A stretch of DNA of 64,000 nucleotides from Felis catus (taxonomy: Eukaryota), in NCBI RefSeq assembly GCF_018350175.1, contig NC_058368.1:58840001-58904000 (forward strand). Reading direction: 5' to 3'. Numbering within the stretch: the first letter of the stretch is position 1; each line of letters starts with the position of its first letter. The position numbers and the translations under genes are program-made. This document shows, in pieces, positions 40,853-52,740 of this stretch. The notes under the pieces were generated by a model. It was not told where the DNA came from and searched no databases. It saw only the letters and a list, made by a program, of their open reading frames with translations.

Positions 40853-41496
40853 AAAACTTGTTACCCTTTGGAAATCATAATGATTTCTACATCATTAATC
40901 CAGACTCCCACCGGATTTTAGTTTTGAAGTTATATTTAATTTGGAGAATATATTTACATGACTTAATATATAACTTTCTTCCATCTTGATATAAGTTGGA
41001 GAATGAATATTACTACTTTAGGTGATTAACAATGAAAGGCTTAAAAAAAATTACCTCACCTAAAAAACAAGAATGTTCCTAAGGACATGTCTCTGTCTGC
41101 ATTCATGGATCCATTCCAAGGATCCTCCAGGCATGGGAATTTTTTAAGTCTTTCTAATACCTCTATGCACTTGATTGGAATCGGATAATATTGGCAAATA
41201 CTCTAGTGAATAGAAGTAGTGCAATAACATGAAATCTCCTCTTGCTTTGTTTTTGTCTTTAGAATGTAACTTTTAGTCATTATTGTGCTGATTTTTTTTT
41301 AGTGGATAAATATATATAGCACCCCATATACACAAAGATTTTCCCTTAGTGAGTGTAACTCACTAAGAATTCTCATCTTTGTTCTTTCCAACCTTGGGCA
41401 TTAGTAGAGAAATTTAGGTTTTCAATGAACTCTTTAAATACATAATCATTTATTGTTTTCTATTAATATATGCAATGATTTAAAACAACACCTAGT

Positions 41497-41725
41497 GGGG
41501 CACCTGGGTGGCTGAAGTCAGACTTGAGCTCAGGTTACGATCTCATGGTTCGTGAGTTCAAGCCCCCCATTGGGCTCTGTGCTGACAGCTCAGCCTGGAG
41601 CCTGCTTCAGATTCTGTGTCTCCCTCTCCCTCTCTGTCCCTCCCCTGCTCACACTCTGTCCTCTCTCTCTCTCTCTCTCTATTGCTCAAAAATAAATAAA
41701 CATTAAAACTCTTTTAGTAAAAAAG
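41497..41725 (+). mobile_element. Can-SINE
   Basis: ggggcacctgggtggct head, ctctgtgctgacagctcag, (CT)n, A tail. Confidence 0.92.
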
Positions 41726-42349
41726 AAAAGAAAACCCAGTGTTATGATATCACAGCATACTCATAATTAGTTTTCATACCAGGAAGTACAGACCCTTACT
41801 GTCTTTATCAGCAAAAAGGCTTCTTATTCAAAATCAAGGAAATAATGTATAATTTGCTAGTATTGCAGACAGTTGGTGTTGAAACCAAAACATTTAATAG
41901 AACATTCAGGAATCACTAAAATAGTAGTAAGTAAATTAGAAAAAGTCCTTTCTAATTTGAAATATGTTCCTTACTAACCCTGTGCATGGATCTGCATGGT
42001 GTTCAGAAAACAGAATTAGATCACCTTGATTAATTCTATTTTGCCTTGTGGAAATCTGCTGTGTCATTGATTCTATAATCAGAAAGAAGAAAAATAAATC
42101 ACTTTCATTTGTAGTCAGTGGGAAAACAATCTGCTGGAAAGGGGGAACTACTGGTCAGACTTAGGTCTGGCTCCATGTCAATCATACCCAGACACAGAAT
42201 GGCCTTTTTGCAGATAGTGAACAAGAAGCTTCTGTGTGGATAACAGACAGAAATCTCCTTCTCATGCATGTACCTCAGTGCATGCGTGTGTTTGCGTTAA
42301 TCCTGACTTGATTGAATTACAAATCAAACTAATTGAAGAAAGTTCATTT

Positions 42350-43568
42350 AAAAAGAGAGTTTTCATTTTATTTTTATTGTTGTGAGTGGTATTTTTAATC
42401 TTCTTGAAAGGCACCCAAGAATAATTACCTTTGTGAACCAAAAATATACAAAACTGTACAGAATAAATAATTCATAGAAATCTAGCTATACTTTCTTGTA
42501 AAATAAAGCTACATTGTCCCACTCCTGAGGCAACTTAAAACACTTACCCTTAGACGTGCCTTTTGCTACTAATTTATGGCAACTATCAGTTTACATCAAT
42601 AAAGATTTTTAAAAACACAATTTTTCCTATTTGTTTTACACCTGTGAATTATTACTTGCCACAAGAAACATATTTCTATCATGGTCATTTAAATTTACAA
42701 AGGATTAATGCTATGAAAGAAACTAAACTTAATTTATGCACTAATCATATTTACAATTGAGTATCAGTAGCATTTTAAAATTATCCCAAGGAAAAAAAAT
42801 GAACTTTGAGCACAAATGACATACCTTAGTTCACAGCAGCATTGACAATAAGATTGTCCACACAAAATGTGCAGAAAAACCAAAAAAGTTTGCCTATTTA
42901 TCCACCTGAACTATTAATCACTCCTATTTTCAAATTCAGAAAGCATAGCAGTGGTATTTTTCTAACCCTCAAATGAAAACTTTGAAGTCTTGGGCTCCTC
43001 ATAGCCTACTAATTCAACCTTCTATTTTTTTCTTTACTATTACTAGTGGTAATTTTGAAGTTCCAGTTCCTTTTGCCTTTATTTCAAGAAAACTAGGTGT
43101 ATCTGACAATGTACATTTTTGTGGTATATACTGATTATATAAACAATATATTCCTTACATATTATAATAACTACATACACAGGTATAGCTTTTAAATGAC
43201 AAAACCCAATTCTATTTCATCCACTGGTAAAGTAATTCAAGAAAACAAGGGTTGCTTAAAGACTCAACCCTCTTAGATGTGCAAGAGGACTCTTCTGAAA
43301 CACTTTTAAGTATATGGAGAAATATTACTATAATCCTTGGATGATTTACATGCAAGGATTTATTTTATCGGGGGTAGGCAAAATTGCCCAAAGACAATGC
43401 AATGGCTTCTCCCAATGATCCCTGAGTTTCTTTTTCTTCTTTTTTTCCCATAGGATTACTGCTGTGCTTTAGTTCTGATTGATGACACACTCATGTAAGG
43501 CACTTATTTACAAGGATTGGACTTAAGACAGAATCACAGCATTTCTGCAAAAGCCCCAATCTCTCCAT
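42350..43568 (-). other. SLITRK6: SLITRK6 3'UTR (~1.2 kb, end approximate)
   Basis: AT-rich sequence with no recognisable repeat, between the TAG stop and the tandem AATAAA. Confidence 0.75.
42367..42378 (-). terminator. Tandem polyadenylation signal AATAAAAATAAA
   Basis: Two adjacent AATAAA hexamers on the minus strand, followed by U-rich sequence. Confidence 0.75.
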
Positions 43569-46091
43569 CTATGTTTGCTGCTCCAGAACTTCTAAGTAGT
43601 CAGGTTCAGCATGTAAGTTAGCTTTAAGCTCAAAATACTCATTTTTAGTCTGTTCCACTAATACCTTCCTGGGCCTTGAGTACATTAAAGTCTCCATTAA
43701 TTTTAACTCTTCGTGGGCTCCAGGATAATGTACCTCCATGTCAGGCTGGAGTTGAGCAATGTTCTTCCTTAGGTATTCTGTGATTCCCAGTTGCTGAAGT
43801 TCTCTTTCTTTCTCTAAAATGTTCCTATATAATGAACTGGCATCCTGAAAAGATAAAAATTCAGTTGATTGGTCTGTGGTTTTGTATTTCATATTTGACC
43901 CTGTGAGTGGTGAATGATTTTCCCGTTCTAAAAGACTTCTTTGGAGATGTTTCGCATCACTTCCATCTTTTTCATTCCTTTCTTCTTCATCTTCCAAATG
44001 CTTTGGGCCAAAGGATGGACTTCTATAGACATGAACCATGGGACTCACCATGTGCTGCTCATAGAGTGATGCAGTGGGTCTCTCAGTAGTGTGGTGAGTT
44101 GTTTTATGGCCATACATACTATACTGGAGATGGACTGGACTGTTGTCTCTCATCTGCTCATCAGCTTGTTTCTTTTTGTATCTTCTCCTGCGGTGGAGAA
44201 CAAGAACCACTATCCCTGCAGCACAGAACACAATGGTTATGAACACAATCAGCAGTCCTAGTATTAGAACAGAGAGTGGTACAGCATCAGTAAGTGATCT
44301 CAAAATAGTATCGGCTGTAGTTGTGGTTGCAGGGGTACTGACAATTATGTAACTAGTTTGAGTTGGCAGGGATGGGTTATTGACTAAACCAGGGCAAAGA
44401 AGTTCACTAGTTAGTGCTTTTAATTCCTTTTTGTCCAGGTGCTCTGGAGAAGTGCAGAGGATGTCATCTGTTACTGTGTTCTTACTTAGTTTTTGTAGCC
44501 ATTGTTGCAATCCAACCAGGTCACAGGAGCAATCCCAGGGATTGTCCTCAAGGTCAATCTGAGTCAATAAGTCAAGGTCATCCAAGATATTACTTACAGG
44601 GAGATGGGTAAACTGGTTTGTTTTTAGGTTTATCCTTGTTAGGGAAACCCCTGAAAAAATATGTGGTGGTAAAACTTGCAGGAGGTTGTTATTTAAATAG
44701 AGGACTTTAAGTTTAGGCATTGGGTTAAAGGTCCCTGGCAATATTTCCTTAACTGCATTGTATTCAAGATATAAGTATTCAAGATTGTGGAGACCAAGGA
44801 ACATGCCTCTACTTAATTTGGTCAGGTGGTTACCATTTAGATAGAGCTTTTGCAATCTTGTCAGATTCATAAATGAGCCTTCCTCAAGAACCTCAATACG
44901 ATTATTTCCCAAGTGAAGCATTTCCAAAGTGAAGTATTCCACTAGATCAGACTTCATTAATGTATGGATAATATTGCCTGCTAGCACAAGCTTTCTGGGA
45001 TTTTGTGGAGGAGGTTTTAGATCTGATAAGCTTTCAATATTGCGCTCCTGACAGTGTACTAGAAGTCCTGATGGGGATAGTACTTTGCAGTTACAGGGAA
45101 TAGGACAGTAGGGTCCTGGGAGTTGAGTGAATGGCTTTGTAATATAGGGTATCAAAACTGGTGCTTTGGTGGTTGGTTTTGAAAGAGGTGTGGTTTTGAT
45201 TGACACGTGACTTTCACTCATTGAAGAAGTTGCTGCCAGATGCAACGATCCTGATGGATCCTCGTGTTCTTCATACACTGGTGGGGTGGGGCAAATTGAT
45301 TCCTTTTTCAGTCTGCTTAGTATACTTCCTTTGAAAAATGGAGGGCTGTTGCAGACGACATCACCAATTACAGACTGTGGAGGCATGTTTTCCAACCAAA
45401 TTTTTAGCTCTAATAAGTCACAATTACAGGTCCACTTATTGTCCTCCAATTGGAGGTCCAATATCCGGCCAATGTGTTCTAAAAAGCCAACATAAGGCAA
45501 TGTTTGCAACTGATTTCCACGAAGATCTAGATGGGTTAAAGGAACGAACCGAAATATGTTTGGAGGAAGACTCTCAATGGCATTGTCATTTAAAATTAAC
45601 ACTTTAAGTCTGTTAAGCTTGCTAAAGGCACTTGGTTCAATCACTGTAATGAAATTGTTATCTGCTTGGAGGAATTCCAGGTTTTCCAGTCCATGGAAGG
45701 TATCCTCTTTGAGAATTTCTAATGAATTGTGATTGATATGAAGTTGCTTAAGAAGGCCAAGGCCATTAAATGCACCAGACTCAATATCTGCAATATTGTT
45801 AAATCCAAGGTGTATTGAGATAGCATTGGTAAGCCCAGAAAAGTCATTTGTGTGAAGCATTGTCAAGCCATTATTTAATAAACTTAGGTGGAAAGGTCGT
45901 GATGGTGGTACACTTATTTGGGATAACTTCTTGATACCTTTTTCTTCACAATTTATTAGCATTGTGCCATCTTTTTCCTCGCAATTGCAAAGAGAATCAC
46001 AAGAACCTCTGGTCGAGGACATTGGAGTTTGGGACTGTGAAGATATGCTGGCAAGGAGAGATGAATATAAGAGATGAATCCACAGCTTCAT
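43569..46091 (-). CDS. SLITRK6: SLIT and NTRK-like protein 6 (840 aa, single coding exon)
   Basis: Uninterrupted ORF from MKLWIHLLYSS. It has a signal peptide, two Cys-capped LRR domains, a TM helix (VPLSVLILGLLIVFITIVFCAAGIVVLVL), a basic stop-transfer HRRRRYKKK and a Trk-like tail PDYLEVLEQQT. Codons 181/297/414 are R/S/Q, matching human disease-allele numbering as I recall it. True ATG is at 46089-46091. Confidence 0.98.
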   Translation of the reverse strand: MKLWIHLLYSSLLASISSQSQTPMSSTRGSCDSLCNCEEKDGTMLINCEEKGIKKLSQISVPPSRPFHLSLLNNGLTMLHTNDFSGLTNAISIHLGFNNIADIESGAFNGLGLLKQLHINHNSLEILKEDTFHGLENLEFLQADNNFITVIEPSAFSKLNRLKVLILNDNAIESLPPNIFRFVPLTHLDLRGNQLQTLPYVGFLEHIGRILDLQLEDNKWTCNCDLLELKIWLENMPPQSVIGDVVCNSPPFFKGSILSRLKKESICPTPPVYEEHEDPSGSLHLAATSSMSESHVSIKTTPLSKPTTKAPVLIPYITKPFTQLPGPYCPIPCNCKVLSPSGLLVHCQERNIESLSDLKPPPQNPRKLVLAGNIIHTLMKSDLVEYFTLEMLHLGNNRIEVLEEGSFMNLTRLQKLYLNGNHLTKLSRGMFLGLHNLEYLYLEYNAVKEILPGTFNPMPKLKVLYLNNNLLQVLPPHIFSGVSLTRINLKTNQFTHLPVSNILDDLDLLTQIDLEDNPWDCSCDLVGLQQWLQKLSKNTVTDDILCTSPEHLDKKELKALTSELLCPGLVNNPSLPTQTSYIIVSTPATTTTADTILRSLTDAVPLSVLILGLLIVFITIVFCAAGIVVLVLHRRRRYKKKQADEQMRDNSPVHLQYSMYGHKTTHHTTERPTASLYEQHMVSPMVHVYRSPSFGPKHLEDEEERNEKDGSDAKHLQRSLLERENHSPLTGSNMKYKTTDQSTEFLSFQDASSLYRNILEKERELQQLGITEYLRKNIAQLQPDMEVHYPGAHEELKLMETLMYSRPRKVLVEQTKNEYFELKANLHAEPDYLEVLEQQT

Positions 46092-46115
46092 GTTGCCGTG
46101 TGATGAAATCTGATT

Positions 46116-48464
46116 CTGTAAAACAAAATGCAATAGCAATGCACTTTAGTGGGCAGAGGGAGGGAGGAGATGAACCTCACAATCACAAAATAGAAGGTTT
46201 TCCTCCAAAAGGAAAAAAAAATATTACTCTGAAACTATGAATACCTTCTGGAGCTACATTTTCTTTTATTTTTTTTTTCTAATACTATGACAAGCATGTT
46301 TTGCTTTACTTTGAACTTGCCCTGTGATAAAAATACAAAATTTAGGTCAAGGAGAATTTTAAATTTTATATCATCAGTGGTATTCACATTTGCCAAATAA
46401 ACTGCATTTTAATAGACGAGAGAGGTGCTGCTTAATTGGGCCATCAGTACTTTGATATGATGTAAAGGTGTGTATTTGAGAAGATGCTGATTTGTTTTTT
46501 TTTACACAAAGTTGATGAATCTAAGGCTGAAGGATTACAATATAAAACAAATACATGATATTAGCCAGAAGCAGAGAATACTGTAGGGAATGCAAAAATG
46601 TTAGAAAGAGTTAGAAAAAATGTATGTATATATGTATGCACATATGCATTAATAATGCAATTCCTTTATTTATTTATATTTTTGAACTGGACGTTAGTTA
46701 CAATGTAACATCTAATACTTGTGTCTGTGTTTTAACCTGTTTTGATGATTGGCTCAATTTTATCATCTATTTAAAAACCTTGAGGAAAATAAGTCTCTGA
46801 CCATGTAAGATGGTAGTTCACTATGAAAAGAATTTCATTTTAACTATGCTGTCTAGGGCACTTTGTATAAGCTTGATAGTATTAGATATATATGGTTAAG
46901 AGTGCCCATTAAAATTTCACTTGTCGGACTGTATACTGAATTTCTAAAGGTAGAATATTTCCTGCTGCTTTTAAATTGTTATGTATGAGGTTAATATCAT
47001 AACCTTGAAGAAGAAAAGCTGAGCTTTGTAACACATTTCTAGCTGCTGTAAATGAACAAGCAATGCCTCATATAAACTTCTAGCAAATGACTTTCTAACA
47101 AGGTCTTAAAATAGGCTTTAGGGCACTGAATGTCATCACATAATTAAACAATGGATCTCCTTTATAATAAGGCTTAAAGTCACAAACAATGAACTCTACA
47201 ACAAACTGCATGATCCTGAAACACTTGAGGATACCTCTAATTAGGTAAATAAAAAATGACAGTTCAGGATAACAGCATCATATATTCCAACTTCTTAAAA
47301 ATTTAAGACATGCAGCTGAAATAGCAATTTTTTTTAAAAAGATTTAACTCTGAGAAGCCAGCAGTGACTAGATAAATACATGTAACTCCAGTGGTGTTTA
47401 GTGGCATTTCTTTCCTTCATATAAATTAAATTGAAAGGTAAATAAACACCGTATCTCAAAACTCTTCAACTTTTCCAAATGGTATCTGCTTCTATTTACT
47501 TTTAATGGAATGTGAACAATAACTTTGAACCTAATTAACATTCACAATCAGATAGAACATTACCAAACCCCAATCAAGAATCCTGAAAAAAAAATTTCAT
47601 CCCATGAAAATACATTGTTTTATTGAAAACATGTCTAGTATGAAGTTTCTGAATGGTAAAAGGCAGCTGAGGAAATAAAACAGTATAGTGCCTTTCTATA
47701 TGAAGGAAAAGTTAGCAGATTAAATGTTTCCATGGGGAAATTGATTTTAAACAGCTTAGAGTCTATGTTTAGAATCCAACGGTTTGTAGTTGGGAGTCTT
47801 CAACTTGTGGATTAGCTTCCACAAACACTAAAAGTACTTCTTAATAGATTACTAAGAAATAATATTATTCATTTCACCAGTAACATCATCTTGAGAAAAC
47901 AATAAATAACTTCCAAATGACAATCTCTGGTTATTTTTTTAAAATCTTATATTCATTTTATGTTCTTCAAAATGTCCTAGGGAACAGTTTGCAATCTTTT
48001 CAGAAATGCACACAAATTTGAACACTGGTTCCATATTGACAACATCTGATCCAATGTTAAAGAGGTCAAAAATATGTATTTTCAAGTCAGGAAATAATAA
48101 AAGTAGCCTACAAAATACAAAGAGTCTTTTAATATTCTGCTTATGTTTTAAAATCAGCAATGGTGTTTGGAAGTGCTCTCTCCTTCAGAAGGCATACATA
48201 CTTAGTTTCCAACAGCACACTGCATGCCATGAAATAAATAGTGGCATCTTATATTATTTGCTCCTCTGTGCAGCCAGCTGTTGGACTGTCTGCTGCTCAG
48301 AGAAAACAGGCAACTGCTACAGCATTAGTTGTGCCCATGAGTAGGAATGAAACTGGATATCTTTTAATGCAAAGTTATTTTTTTAAAGGACAAACACACA
48401 AATTGAATCACTTTAAGATAATGCAAAAATAGGCATTCGAAAAGCCTGAAAACATTCATCTTAC
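46116..48464 (-). other. SLITRK6: SLITRK6 intron 1 (2349 bp, in the 5'UTR)
   Basis: GTAAG donor; acceptor TTTTGTTTTACAG|AATCAG leaves 24 nt of UTR before the ATG. Confidence 0.85.
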
Positions 48465-48900
48465 CTGTAAAGCAGAGACTCTTCCTGACGTTATCTGTAA
48501 TGCACAGCTGGAAGAGATGTTCAAAGTAAATTGTTTCCTTACTAAAAAAGAAAACACCAACCACCACGTACTTTCTTCTCAAATTTCACTTTTTGGCAGG
48601 TCCCATTGCTTCATAAAGTTAAAAACCTCTGCTCAAAGACCAAATGCTGAGCATTTCATTGAAAATATTTCAGGCAGAGTGCATGCTAGATCATCCTGAA
48701 GCAGTTGCCTTTTTTCCCCAATTAAAATTCACGGCATACTTCACAGCTATGCTGACTTTTTTTGCATATAGTTAACCATTTGCAAGCTGCTGAACACAGG
48801 AAATAAACAAGATGTTTCACAGAGCTGGGATTGATCACTCTTGCTTTCTTAGGTTGTAGATCCAAGCTGCAGCAGTGTTCTCTTTCCTCCCTTTCTAGTC
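48465..48900 (-). other. SLITRK6: SLITRK6 non-coding exon 1 (5' end approximate)
   Basis: Strong donor CAG|GTAAGA at 48465/48464. The sequence resembles the human SLITRK6 5'UTR as I recall it. The TSS cannot be fixed from sequence. Confidence 0.8.
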
Positions 48901-49400
48901 TTTCTTGTTAGCTCAGTTTGTTATTAGTCAGATTGCCAAGGGCTGGGAGGTAGGCGTAAATAAAGAGACTTCTTGGCTTTTGACTCAGCCTTTAAGCCCT
49001 TCCCCAGCAGAGCGCTTTACCCTGCCAGTGTCATTTAACACAAGAGACAGCTCCACCTTGGGACTGCTCAACTCCTCCTCTTTCTGCAAATGGCCTTTCC
49101 CCTCCCTTTCAATACCAGAGAGAGTGCAAGTAAATTTTGGTGGAAATAATGATGTACCGTTTTAAACGTTGTATAAAAGCTAACTAACACATTATGTTAA
49201 ATTCTCAGCTAGCACAGTACTGTACTGTTTACACACACGTGTGCAGAAAAGCTGCAAGCCATGTGGCCTGTAGAATGGTTGTTTCAGGTTTGGTTTTGCT
49301 TTTTTGGTTTTGTTTTTTACTGGTATTTATTGTTGAAATGGTGCACTAATTATTAAAATGTTCACGTGAACTACTTTCCTGCAATATTTGCAGTTTTGGA
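48900..49400 (-). promoter_or_regulatory. Putative SLITRK6 proximal promoter (no CpG island)
   Basis: Directly upstream of exon 1. AP-1 TGACTCA 48981-48987, forkhead-like GTAAATA ~48956 and TGTTTAC 49226-49232, CACGTG at 49236 and 49363. Confidence 0.5.
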
Positions 49401-52400
49401 TTTACCATTTAATTTTTTTAAAGCCTCATGTCAGAGACTCTCAGTAGTATACTTCATTATTTCTTTCCCTACAGCTAATGTTCAGTAATGAGACTAGAAA
49501 TGAGGTTCTTTTGCAGTTAAGATAATATTTATTTGGAATGGAAATATTATTACTATGACATTCATTCAGGAAACTTTATTACAGATGGTTATTGTTAATA
49601 GAACATTTTGCTTATCATTCTCCAAAATATGAAATGATGTCTTTTCAGGTAAAATGAAACAAGTTGAATGAGTATATAGAAATTACAATATCCTGATTTT
49701 TATGGTACTAGCTGGAGAGAGCATTTTTTTCCTAAAAAGATTCTATTTATAAAGCTACTTGTTTCTTCAACTCTCAAAAGTTTCTGAATCATCACTAATA
49801 AAACTCTCAACTGTCAGATTCCTTATTTCCCAAAATGCCTGTGTTTTAAAAAATCATTCCTTCTACCTGCATTCTAAGTACCTGAACTTTTTTACATCCA
49901 AAATGAATATATTAGATGCCATTATTTATTCATTTTGAAATAGTCTATGGTTAGAAACACCGTTCACCCGAGGTTCTAGAGGCTGCCTGTGTAATATTAG
50001 GTCTCATTTCAGGAAAAAAAAAAAGGTTTTTATGTAGGTTAAATCATCAAAATGGGAGAATATCAGATTGGGTTATTATTTAATGACTGTCTGCAGTTAT
50101 GCATTCAAATTCATAAAGTTTTCATATCCTTAGTGTGGAACAGTTGCTTTAAAAGATATGGATTTTGAAGCAGTTTTTAATATTCTCTCATTCCTTAATA
50201 TTATATTCTTTCACTCATTAAGTGTCTCATTTATTTTCATGACACTGGGTGTTTTAAAATGAAATAGAGATAATGGTATAGGTAGGGGGATGGGGAAAGA
50301 TGATAAAGATAAAGAGAGACTAAAGGAAATAAGAGAAAATGAAGGTAAGGAATTAATCTCAGGCCCAATTTGCTGCTCGCTGATGAACAGGTTACATTAG
50401 CTTCACTCAATCTAATGATTTAGATAGGTAGGGACAAAATGGAGTTAGAATCAATGGGAAAACAAGGAACTAGTAACTTCCCTTCCAGCACTGTATACAC
50501 AATTCTCCAAATGTGTTCCTTTAGTTTTGGAATCGAGGCCACAGGAGAAGTGTTCTGGAAGTATAGTCTGTGGAGGAAAGTGGTTCAAACAGACACATGG
50601 ACAAGTAGAATTAAATTCCCTATAGATCGACACAGGTTTCTCTCATTTCCTCCAATTTGATTATGTGTCTATTTTATCCATAATGTACACCTAGCAGGTA
50701 TTTCAAGTTATTTATCTCTAATCCCTTACCTATACATGACATGTAGTCCTCATACATAAATTACTGGTCAATTCAAAGGTAAGGAAGAGAAGTAACTAAC
50801 AACCCCTTTTTTATATTTATTATTCTTTACTTTTTCTCTAGATTTTGGGTGGAAACACAAAGAATGGTTGGGTAAAGAATTGTTTGAGAAGCATTCTGTA
50901 GCTTTGAACTTAGTTCAAAGGAGTAGTATTGATAAAGAATTATTCAGCATTACCTTAAACTCAATAGTAAATATATATGTATATATATAATAGTACATAC
51001 AAAATGATTATGGCTAAATCCATTATTCTCTAGATTTTGTTAATGGTAATTCCTCAGTTATTTCACTAAATCAATCATGCTGCCATTCTTTCCAAATTGC
51101 TTATGGCAGAATGTGTTATTGATTATTGGACATTTAACATTGTTTTTATTTTCCAATTGTTACATGGAAAAATACTTTTCAGTGTATCTTTCTCCAAGTT
51201 TTAGCAATAAATTCAATAAGTGATCCTAATAAATACTAGATTTTCTTAACCTTTCCACATAATTTACCCCCAGTGACTCCATATTGGAAGATGTTAAAAC
51301 GTAATCAATTATTTTTAACCACATAGTCTACATTATGTTTTATTGCGACTTTTAACTGCTTCTTAGAATGTACATCTTCAAGGGAAAACATGAAAGTTCT
51401 AATTATAATGAAAATACCAAGCAACCAGAAGAAATAAACCTACCTCTGTTAGTCATTTTAGAGCAGCAGTGTACATAAGGCAGCACAGTGCACAGTCATA
51501 ACACCAGGACTCAGGAGAATGCCTTCTCTTCTCTGCTCATGTAGATGGGAGGTGGGTAGGGTGGGGAATCATTTTACATATCTAATGGTGACAAAGGCCA
51601 GATGGAAGAATATTTTATGTAATTTGTTGGACTGGACTGATAATGCATATGGGACACATAGAATGAAAAGATCAATATTAAGTGCTGGAAAGAGTAAAGA
51701 AAAATTACTAACAGTGAAAGAGATTGATTCATGCTGTACAGGACTAGCTCTACATCAGAACATCTGCCCACCTTTTTTCAGTGCCACATTTAAGTGGTAA
51801 AATGAAAACATATGTCTGATTGATTTTAACACAAGAATCTGGAAGGCTTGAAGAGAAAGGTCTTTACACTGTCTGTGGTGTAGACTGAGGTATAGTAACA
51901 TATTTTGAAGGTAGAAAGTATAACCCTTGGTGACCCTTTGAGGATTATAATACTATAGATGTATTTTAAATATTCATTGATGATTTCACTCTCTGAAGAG
52001 ATATTTAACAAGGAAATAATCCCAAAATAATGTCACTTTGAAAGTATGTACATAATTATTAAAAAATATATTCAAAACAAATTCTTGAGTAACAGCATTC
52101 CTGTGGGCTCTGTCTGCTATGTACTTTCAGAGAATTACAATGAAACTCAAGATAATGTTATTAAAATTTAATATTACAGAATTTGTGAGTAACATCTAAA
52201 TTTACAGATATGTAGAAAACTTGTGCACTAGTTTCACAAACATTAATAAAGTCATATTTCCTGTTTCTTATTTCAAGCTAAAAGTTTCTCTAAAATTGTA
52301 TATACTTTTGAAAATGTGTATGTTCCATTGTAAAACTCTAAAGGAAAACTCTAAAGAAACAGAAAAAGTTAAATCTACTAACAATCCCAGAGATTAACTT

Positions 52401-52695
52401 CAACTCAAATATTTATTTTGTATTCCTATCCTGTTTATTGTATACAGAATTAATACCTCTTATAAAATTTTCAAAAAATCTTTAAAAATAATAATGGGGC
52501 AAAGTCTACTTAAAATGTGTAATTGAACTTATTTACACAAATCTTATTCATAAAAGATAATAATTAAAGAATGTTGTCTTCTATCTTTTATAATACTATG
52601 CCATACAGTAACCTTAGAATTTGTTTCCCAAATCTTGAACTTAGAGTTCTCTTTCATGCTTCACTGGAAGAGAAGCCTGAAACAATTTGCCATCT

Positions 52696-52740
52696 TTATT
52701 TTATTTTATTTTATTTTATTTTATTTTATTTTATTTTATA
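52696..52740. repeat. (TTTTA)n microsatellite
   Basis: Seen directly. Confidence 0.93.

Noticed and set aside
46092..46139. 16-aa N-terminal extension (MLLHFVLQ...) in the ORF track
   Set aside because: It starts at a non-ATG codon inside the intron's pyrimidine tract and crosses the acceptor at 46116.
43907..46240. Short plus-strand ORFs antisense to SLITRK6
   Set aside because: Shadow ORFs of 60-92 aa with no recognisable domains.
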